A stretch of DNA of 54,845 nucleotides from an uncultured Dehalococcoidaceae bacterium (lineage in GTDB: Bacteria; Chloroflexota; Dehalococcoidia; Dehalococcoidales; RBG-16-60-22), in contig CAYFHI010000003.1 in assembly GCA_964342875.1 (NCBI GenBank), positions 1 to 54,845 on the forward strand, read 5' to 3'. A model generated the notes under the pieces. It was not told the DNA's origin and did no database searches. It saw only the letters and a list, made by a program, of their open reading frames with translations. A program made the translations under genes and the position numbers. Of this stretch, positions 48,936-54,845 are shown in pieces. Each line of letters opens with the position of its first letter. Positions within the stretch are counted from its first letter, which is position 1.

Positions 48936-50633
48936 CTATTTCATTACCAGCCAGTTTCCGATAGCCAGGCCGTCCAGGTCGCTTTGTTCCAGCGTCTGTA
49001 TTGCCACCTCCGGAGTCCCGACGACCGGAAAACCATGCAGGTTAAATGAGGTATTAAGCACGCCACCGACGCCGGTAATGCTCTGGAAATCGGTAATTAT
49101 CTTACGGTAAAGCGGATTCCAATCGTTCACGGTCTGGGGTCTTGCCGTCCGGTCAAAGGGATGCAGTCCGGCGATAATCTGGTCTGCCGCTTCCCTGGTG
49201 TCGAAGGCTTCGATCATATAGGGTGACGGACGGCCATCAATCAGGTAATCATCTATCCTTTCTTCCAGTATCGCCGGAGCGAATGGCATCCAGAAATCAC
49301 GATGTTTAATGGCGAAATTTATCTTCCGGATGGTACGTAAATCTCTGGGATCTGCCAGAATGCTTCGATTGCCTAGTGCCCTGGGTCCCCACTCATCCCG
49401 TCCGGAGAACCGGGCGATTACCTTCCCTTCCGAGATTATACCGGCAATTTCTCCTTCAATATTCTGAATGAGTCGCGAGCGGTCAGCCCAGACGGTGTCA
49501 TGTAAGGCGGTTTTAATGTAATCATCATCATATTCAACGCCGTAATACATATCCGTTAAGACGTGTCGTTCGGGGGCAATGCTTTCCCGTTCGCAAAAGC
49601 GGTAATAGGCTTCGAGGGCGGCACCCACCGCCGTACCGCCATCGTCCGAGGCGGGATAGAAGAAAACATCATCCACTTCCTCCATCTCGCGGACAACTTT
49701 ATTTGCTTTAACGTTTAGAAAGGAACCTCCGGCACAGGCTAACTTTCTAATGCCGGTCGCTTTTACGGCGTTATGAACCCACTGGCTGACAAGTTCCTCG
49801 AAGTATGCCTGACAGGCGGCAGCGACATTATCAAATCTCTGCTCCGCCAGCCTTTTCCGGAGTCGGGGTTGAAGCTGCGTCAGGTAGGAACCACTGGTAT
49901 TCTGGAATTCTAAAGGCTTCTGGGGGTTGACCCTTACCAGTTTTTTCATTTCCTCGATGCAAAGTTCCGGCCTGCCGTAGGGTGCCAGCCCCATTACCTT
50001 GTATTCATGCTCCCATCTTTTCAAGCCGAAATATCCTGTGATTTCGCTGTAGAAATTATTGCTCGGGCTATCATAATGCGTGGAAGATGCGACTCTTTGG
50101 ATGGCCAAACCATCTCCGATATTAACCGTTGCACTAAGGCAGTCCCCGGCACCGTCAAGGGTTAGCACCAGGGTATTATCTTCCCAGGGTCGTTGGTAGA
50201 AAGCGCAGGCGGCATGTGCCAGGTGATGCTCAATGAAAAAAATTTCACGGTCGGCTATTGCCATCTTCCGAAAAAGAGTATTCAGTTCTTCCATCTTCCG
50301 GTACCTGTGAAGTGTTTTTACCAGCATGTTACAGAAGGCATGGCTATGTACGAACGGGGTTAGCCTCTCGTAGAGCCTGGTATGAAAAGGCCTCTCTCTC
50401 AGCGGGGCATGAGTTCTTATCATGCCGACCACGGCGATGATATCTACTTCCTGTGGTTCAACCGGCAACATCTGAAACAGTTTTTTGATTGACGCCAAGG
50501 GTGGCCCGCTGTAGTTTTTGATGTTGTTCAGGCGCTCTTCGTTGACTGCCGCCAGAACGGAGCCATTTTTCACCAAAGTGGCTCCGGAATTATGCCCGTC
50601 ATGTATGCCCAAGACGATAACATCTTTTTTCAT
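48936..50633 (-). CDS. Carbamoyltransferase, NodU/CmcH/TobZ family
   Basis: EER, EHHLAHA, DGAGD, EYKVMGLAPYG, GPRALGNRSILADPR and LNTSFNLHG motifs. Confidence 0.95.
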   Translation of the reverse strand: MKKDVIVLGIHDGHNSGATLVKNGSVLAAVNEERLNNIKNYSGPPLASIKKLFQMLPVEPQEVDIIAVVGMIRTHAPLRERPFHTRLYERLTPFVHSHAFCNMLVKTLHRYRKMEELNTLFRKMAIADREIFFIEHHLAHAACAFYQRPWEDNTLVLTLDGAGDCLSATVNIGDGLAIQRVASSTHYDSPSNNFYSEITGYFGLKRWEHEYKVMGLAPYGRPELCIEEMKKLVRVNPQKPLEFQNTSGSYLTQLQPRLRKRLAEQRFDNVAAACQAYFEELVSQWVHNAVKATGIRKLACAGGSFLNVKANKVVREMEEVDDVFFYPASDDGGTAVGAALEAYYRFCERESIAPERHVLTDMYYGVEYDDDYIKTALHDTVWADRSRLIQNIEGEIAGIISEGKVIARFSGRDEWGPRALGNRSILADPRDLRTIRKINFAIKHRDFWMPFAPAILEERIDDYLIDGRPSPYMIEAFDTREAADQIIAGLHPFDRTARPQTVNDWNPLYRKIITDFQSITGVGGVLNTSFNLHGFPVVGTPEVAIQTLEQSDLDGLAIGNWLVMK

Positions 50634-50665
50634 ACTTTAAATTCCCCTATATCGGTAATAATAAT

Positions 50666-51457
50666 CTATTTCTTGCCGCAGATAATATTAAGTAAAGAAT
50701 ACGTAACCACAATCATGAAGTAATTCAGATACTGTAGGGGGAGAAGGTACTCTTTTCCAAGTGCTCGGGCGTACCGTTTTGAATCGTCTAATACTACTTT
50801 AGCCGCCGGGGCAAAACTCAGGGCACCCTTGGAACTGCCGTGGATGCGGAACCTTGCCAGATATTCGTCAATAAACACAGGGTCGTACTTATCGCCGGCT
50901 TTCAGCCAGTATTCATACTCCATTGAGAGGTGTTGCTCGACGTTAAACAACCCGATTTCCTCGGTTAATTCTTTACGCCAGAAGACTGCCGGTTGGGCAA
51001 TGAAATCCAGGACTAGGAGCCGGTTATAGCTGTATCTCTTTTGCCAGAAATACCGATAATTGTTAATAAGCCTGCGGATTTCGTGGCCAGTCTCATCTAT
51101 TATTCTACACTTTCCATATACCCACTTGGCAGATGGATTTTTCTCAAAGAGGGCAGCTATTTTATGAAAACAGCCGCTCTCATAAGCATCATCAGCATTG
51201 AGATAGGCTAGAATTTCCCCGGTGGCTCGTTTCAAACCTTTATTGATGGCTTCCGACTGCCCTTTATCCTTTTCGGAGACCCAGACAATATCATTATCAT
51301 ATTTCTTTAATATATCTAGCGTGCCATCATCCGATCCACCGTCCATTACGATGCATTCATAGTTGGGATAACCCTGGTTAATAATGCTCTGAATAGTTTC
51401 CTCAATGAAGTCAACCATATTATAGGACGGTATAATAATCGAGATTTTCGGCGTCAT
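50666..51457 (-). CDS. Glycosyltransferase family 2
   Basis: IIIPSYN, DGGSDDGT, GQSEAINKG and YLNADD motifs. Confidence 0.92.
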   Translation of the reverse strand: MTPKISIIIPSYNMVDFIEETIQSIINQGYPNYECIVMDGGSDDGTLDILKKYDNDIVWVSEKDKGQSEAINKGLKRATGEILAYLNADDAYESGCFHKIAALFEKNPSAKWVYGKCRIIDETGHEIRRLINNYRYFWQKRYSYNRLLVLDFIAQPAVFWRKELTEEIGLFNVEQHLSMEYEYWLKAGDKYDPVFIDEYLARFRIHGSSKGALSFAPAAKVVLDDSKRYARALGKEYLLPLQYLNYFMIVVTYSLLNIICGKK

Positions 51458-51730
51458 AAATCGGTCTCCCGGCGCAATTTATCTTTCCGGCTTATCTCAT
51501 ATTTTTACAAACCTGTCTGAAACTGTCGTGTTGTCTCTTCAATCCTTCAGGCAAAATACCCCTTATTAACAATTGTTTAATTATAACGCTCTCAGGTTGC
51601 ATAAGACAAGGTTTAGCTTTGGTTATCCCTTGCCAAAAGGTAGTCCCAGTACGATACTAAATTAACTTATTACCTGAAAGCCCGGTATGGCTGTTAAACG
51701 GCATTAAGCTGGCTCAGGAGGATAGGGTAA

Positions 51731-51920
51731 GTGGATAAAATAAAATTATGTCAGGACTTATTATCGGGACACTGCTAATCCTGTTTTTGGTGTTGTTTTT
51801 TACCTGCGGGTTGTCCTTCCGTATGACGTTGTTTTCAGCGGGGAGTTGATAAAACTGACTGGTATGGACGCTTACTGGCAGATGCGTATCGTCGATTCTT
51901 GGTTTGTCATATCTTTGCCA
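51731..51920 (+). pseudogene. aglB: Truncated, frameshifted 5' remnant of an STT3/AglB-type oligosaccharyltransferase
   Basis: RBS AGGAGG/AGGG upstream; reads GLIIGTLLILF(frameshift)GVVFYLRVVLPYDVVFSGELIKLTGMDAYWQMRIVDS, matching the TM1-LR...D(A/P)YxxxR start of STT3/AglB; then degenerates. Confidence 0.7.
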
Positions 51921-52024
51921 ACTATCATTCTCTTTATCGGTAGTCCAATCAGGCCTGAGGTTTATTATAGTCTGTTGGCTTCTCTGCCCCAAAAAAGTTT
52001 ATAATTCTTATTGATGGGGGTAGT

Positions 52025-52738
52025 ATGAATTCGATACGAAGGATGATCAGAGGGATTATCTTCGATTTGGACGAAACGCTTATCGATTCCTTGGGAACTT
52101 ACTGGGAGTCATTTAATCGAGGGACAGCAATTTTCAGTTTGAAGCAGGTGACCGAAAAGACGTTGGCTCATTTATTAGATGAGGGCTATCGGCTGGGCGA
52201 AATACTTATTAAGTTGTTTCCGGCCATCTTTACGGATAAAGCACAACGACAACTTTGTGAGAACGAGATACGCAAAGCGTACCATGAATTGCAGGCGGAT
52301 AAAGTAGGCTTAAAACCCGGAGTTAATGAGATTTTGCAATCATTAAAAGACAAGGGGTTAAAAATGGGAATAGTCACCGGCAGAGCTACTGAGGGGGAAG
52401 GGAAATGGCGGGAGCTTCGCCGATTAAACATAGGACACTTCGTAGATGTTATGGTTACCGCTGCCGAAGCGCCGGCAAAGCCGGCGCCTGATGGTATACT
52501 GAAGTGTATCAGGGAACTGGGACTATCAGCAGAAGAGTGTGTATTTATTGGGGATTCCCGGGTGGATATCATGGCGGGGAAAAAGGCGGGAGTTAAGACA
52601 GTGGCGGTTCTTAACGGTGTTGCCAGTGAGCAACTTATAGCCAGTGAAGAACCTGACTGCGTTTTGACTGATTTGAATTTGCTTGTCCCCTATCTTGACA
52701 GATTGCGAAAAACTGAGGAGGACTCAAGTGAGCGATAA
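52025..52738 (+). CDS. HAD-superfamily phosphatase
   Basis: FDLDETLID, VTG, KPAPDG and IGDSRVD motifs. Confidence 0.92.
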   Translation: MNSIRRMIRGIIFDLDETLIDSLGTYWESFNRGTAIFSLKQVTEKTLAHLLDEGYRLGEILIKLFPAIFTDKAQRQLCENEIRKAYHELQADKVGLKPGVNEILQSLKDKGLKMGIVTGRATEGEGKWRELRRLNIGHFVDVMVTAAEAPAKPAPDGILKCIRELGLSAEECVFIGDSRVDIMAGKKAGVKTVAVLNGVASEQLIASEEPDCVLTDLNLLVPYLDRLRKTEEDSSER

Positions 52739-52988
52739 TAAGGAACTGTTTTTGTTTGCCGCTAAAACCGGGTCGCTAGAGGGGTATCTCTATGACAGAA
52801 AAAAATTAGAACCTCTTGATAACTGGGTTGGTAATATAGAGAGGATGTATGCGGGTCTCCCTGATAGCGATAAAGAAGGTTTTAAAGACGAATTCGGCGG
52901 CGTTTTAGAAAGAATTCTGGCCTATGGGGAAAAGATTCTGCCGGAAAAAATTAAAGCAAGGTTAAGCAAGTTACTCTTGTCGCTTTGA
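52728..52988 (+). CDS. Small hypothetical helical protein
   Basis: GTG after GAGGAGG, overlapping the HAD stop; ELFLFAAKTGSLEGYLY. Confidence 0.65.
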   Translation: MSDNKELFLFAAKTGSLEGYLYDRKKLEPLDNWVGNIERMYAGLPDSDKEGFKDEFGGVLERILAYGEKILPEKIKARLSKLLLSL

Positions 52989-52994
52989 AAACCA

Positions 52995-53414
52995 ATGAAA
53001 CCTTCAAATTACGATGCTTTAGTAGTAAAAGGAAGACTCGCCGAAGGTTTGAGGGAATCCAGCTCATTCACCGGTCTCCCTTGGGTAAGGGAGCAGTTCA
53101 TAACCAGGCTGGGTATTGACCCTTATCCCGGAACACTTAATCTGGACATTACCGAAGTCGGTGATTTAGAGAAGCTTAAGAAAATTAAAACACTGAAGGG
53201 TATCGAGATAATTCCCCCCGACGATAAATATTGTGCCGCTCGGGGCTTTCCCGTGTTGATAGAGGGAAAAGTAAGCGGAGCTATCATCATTCCCGAAGTC
53301 CCCGATTACCCCGAATCCAAGGTTGAGATTATAGCTCCAGTGAAATTAACCGAGGAGCTTTCCCTGAGTACGGGTGATGTGGTGCGAATAGAAACTCTAT
53401 CAGTTAATCGCTAG
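52995..53414 (+). CDS. ribK: Archaeal-type CTP-dependent riboflavin kinase (DUF120)
   Basis: G...GLRESS.F, LGIDPYPGTLNL and EIIAPVKL...L.L.TGD.V motifs. Confidence 0.82.
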   Translation: MKPSNYDALVVKGRLAEGLRESSSFTGLPWVREQFITRLGIDPYPGTLNLDITEVGDLEKLKKIKTLKGIEIIPPDDKYCAARGFPVLIEGKVSGAIIIPEVPDYPESKVEIIAPVKLTEELSLSTGDVVRIETLSVNR

Positions 53415-53451
53415 CAGCACCGCCAGTATATGAGGGTATTTAGTATTTTCT

Positions 53452-54633
53452 TTATTTCGAATTCGGACTCCCTTTAATTAGAGAGAAGTGACGCAATCCA
53501 AATCCGTGAAGCTGGTTATAAACGTCTCTGATGCATTTCTCTATTGGCATGTCTTTATCCGTACCGTAACCTCCGAATATTTCCAGCGCCCCAGTTGTTA
53601 CGGTTACCGCTATTTCATCTAGAAACGCTTTGGTTAGCCAGGCTAATTTCGGGTCAGATTCATTTTGATTATCCACATTCCAGGCACATTGCCATAAGAG
53701 CAGTCTTCCCGCCTTTATTTTTCCTTCCATATCAGCAAGTATCATCTCAATTGCATGGTGCTCTATAATTGGTTTGCCCCCGCCAATTCTGGTTTTGGCA
53801 TATTCCAGTGCTTCCTCATAGCATAATCTCATAGCACCCACTAGGCAGGCGTTTTTGGAGGTGATGACGCCGGGTGCCGCCGTTACCATTGATTGCTCGT
53901 AACCGTTGCCTTCTTTTCCAATGAGATATTTAGCCGGGACGTGAACATCCTCCAGGATTAGCTCCGCATTCGGTGAAAATCTCATGCCGAGTTTATTATG
54001 AACCTTGCCGATTGAAAATCCCGGTGCTTCACGGGGGACTAGGAACTGACTCCAGCTTTTAGTTATTCCCAATTCCTTATTTGTCCTGGCATTAATGATG
54101 TATAGCTTGGCAACGGCACCGTTTGAAATGAAGACCTTTGTGCCGTTAATAATATATTCGTCACCCTTCTTCTCAGCGAAGGTGTCCATTGCCGCCCCGG
54201 GGGCATCATAGGGAAGAGCCTTATCCGTCCAGCCGCTGGGTTCGGTCAGCCCATACGCCAACAGGTAATTATCATCCGCCATGAATTTTGGGAGAAACTC
54301 CTTCTTCTGTTCCTCATTACAGGTCGTGAAGAGAACACGGCTAAGGTGCATGGCGTGACACATAACGTAGCCGAAACCAGCATCGGCGGCCGCCAGTTCC
54401 TCGGTGAGGATTACCTGGGATAATAAGTCGAGACCTCCTCCGCCATATTCAAGGGGCACGACTGCGGTTCTGAAACCCACCTGAGAAGCTTTCTTTAACA
54501 GTTCCCAGGAGAAACAGTCTATCGGGTTCGTCCTGGCATCAAGCTCTCGGGCTACGGGCTTTACTTCTTTCTGGACGAATTCGCGAGCCGTTTGTTGAAG
54601 CATCAACTGCTCTTCAGTCAATTGAAAATCCAT
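53452..54633 (-). CDS. Acyl-CoA dehydrogenase family protein (atypical active site)
   Basis: MDFQLTEEQ, EYGGGG, LTEPSG, INGTKVFISNG, KLGMR and IFGGYG motifs. Confidence 0.9.
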   Translation of the reverse strand: MDFQLTEEQLMLQQTAREFVQKEVKPVARELDARTNPIDCFSWELLKKASQVGFRTAVVPLEYGGGGLDLLSQVILTEELAAADAGFGYVMCHAMHLSRVLFTTCNEEQKKEFLPKFMADDNYLLAYGLTEPSGWTDKALPYDAPGAAMDTFAEKKGDEYIINGTKVFISNGAVAKLYIINARTNKELGITKSWSQFLVPREAPGFSIGKVHNKLGMRFSPNAELILEDVHVPAKYLIGKEGNGYEQSMVTAAPGVITSKNACLVGAMRLCYEEALEYAKTRIGGGKPIIEHHAIEMILADMEGKIKAGRLLLWQCAWNVDNQNESDPKLAWLTKAFLDEIAVTVTTGALEIFGGYGTDKDMPIEKCIRDVYNQLHGFGLRHFSLIKGSPNSK

Positions 54634-54807
54634 AGGGGCCTCCTTCTATATTTGGGACTTGTTTGTCATATTAACTGATTTTCAGGAGTAGGTCAATTTT
54701 AGTGGAATAAAGAGGCGCACTTTATGCCTGTGGTAGCTTGACAACAGGAGCATATTAGAGTAAAAATTGTTAGTGAAGTTCACCAAAATTGATGAGTTGC
54801 CATGAAT

Positions 54808-54845
54808 GCCGAAGTGGCGGAATGGCAGACGCGCTACGTTCAGGG
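54808..54845 (+). tRNA. tRNA-Leu (anticodon CAG), truncated by the window edge
   Basis: GCCGAAGTGGCGGAATGGCAGACGCGCTACGTTCAGGG: Leu-type D-arm and anticodon loop TTCAGGG. Confidence 0.85.

Noticed and set aside
53669-53677. Perfect DnaA box TTATCCACA
   Set aside because: Single copy inside a coding sequence, 16 kb from dnaA; compatible with chance.
39600-54800. Accessory block as a tRNA-Leu-anchored genomic island
   Set aside because: It lies on the 5' side of the tRNA, and no integrase or duplicated tRNA 3' end was seen.

Overview
Origin-proximal chromosomal segment of a bacterium that is most likely a Dehalococcoidia (Chloroflexota). The assignment is inferred from the dnaA-obgE-nadD and gyrA-TPR-nifU-lysC-apgM-tRNA-mazG-fmt gene order and a large Asp-box/Fn3 surface protein with a typical C-terminal anchor. 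Core genes: partial gyrB, pyrB/pyrC/pyrK, rpsT, relA/spoT, hisS, hrcA-grpE-dnaK with CIRCE, gyrA, lysC, apgM, mazG, fmt, dnaA, obgE, nadD, tRNA-Pro(CGG) and partial tRNA-Leu(CAG). Accessory content: an orphan Mo-hydroxylase large subunit inside the pyr cluster, two unannotated desulforedoxin-like mini-genes, a 7-repeat beta-propeller gene and a ~12 kb glycan-modification cluster. Three decayed loci are visible only by reading the DNA: an LRR gene, a deleted msrPQ, and an aglB/STT3 oligosaccharyltransferase. The most striking signal is a chromosomal ParA plus small ribbon-helix-helix-like partner with four dispersed, co-oriented arrays of an 8-bp-period repeat (consensus ~WWTRCGCA). One array covers the parA promoter, and all lie within ~18 kb of the inferred oriC. 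This is a candidate non-ParB/parS (SegAB- or type Ib-like) chromosome segregation system. Also notable: a PyrB fused to a PyrI zinc domain plus a Cys-less Ada-like domain, and a DnaA with a non-canonical recognition helix beside an origin without canonical DnaA boxes.
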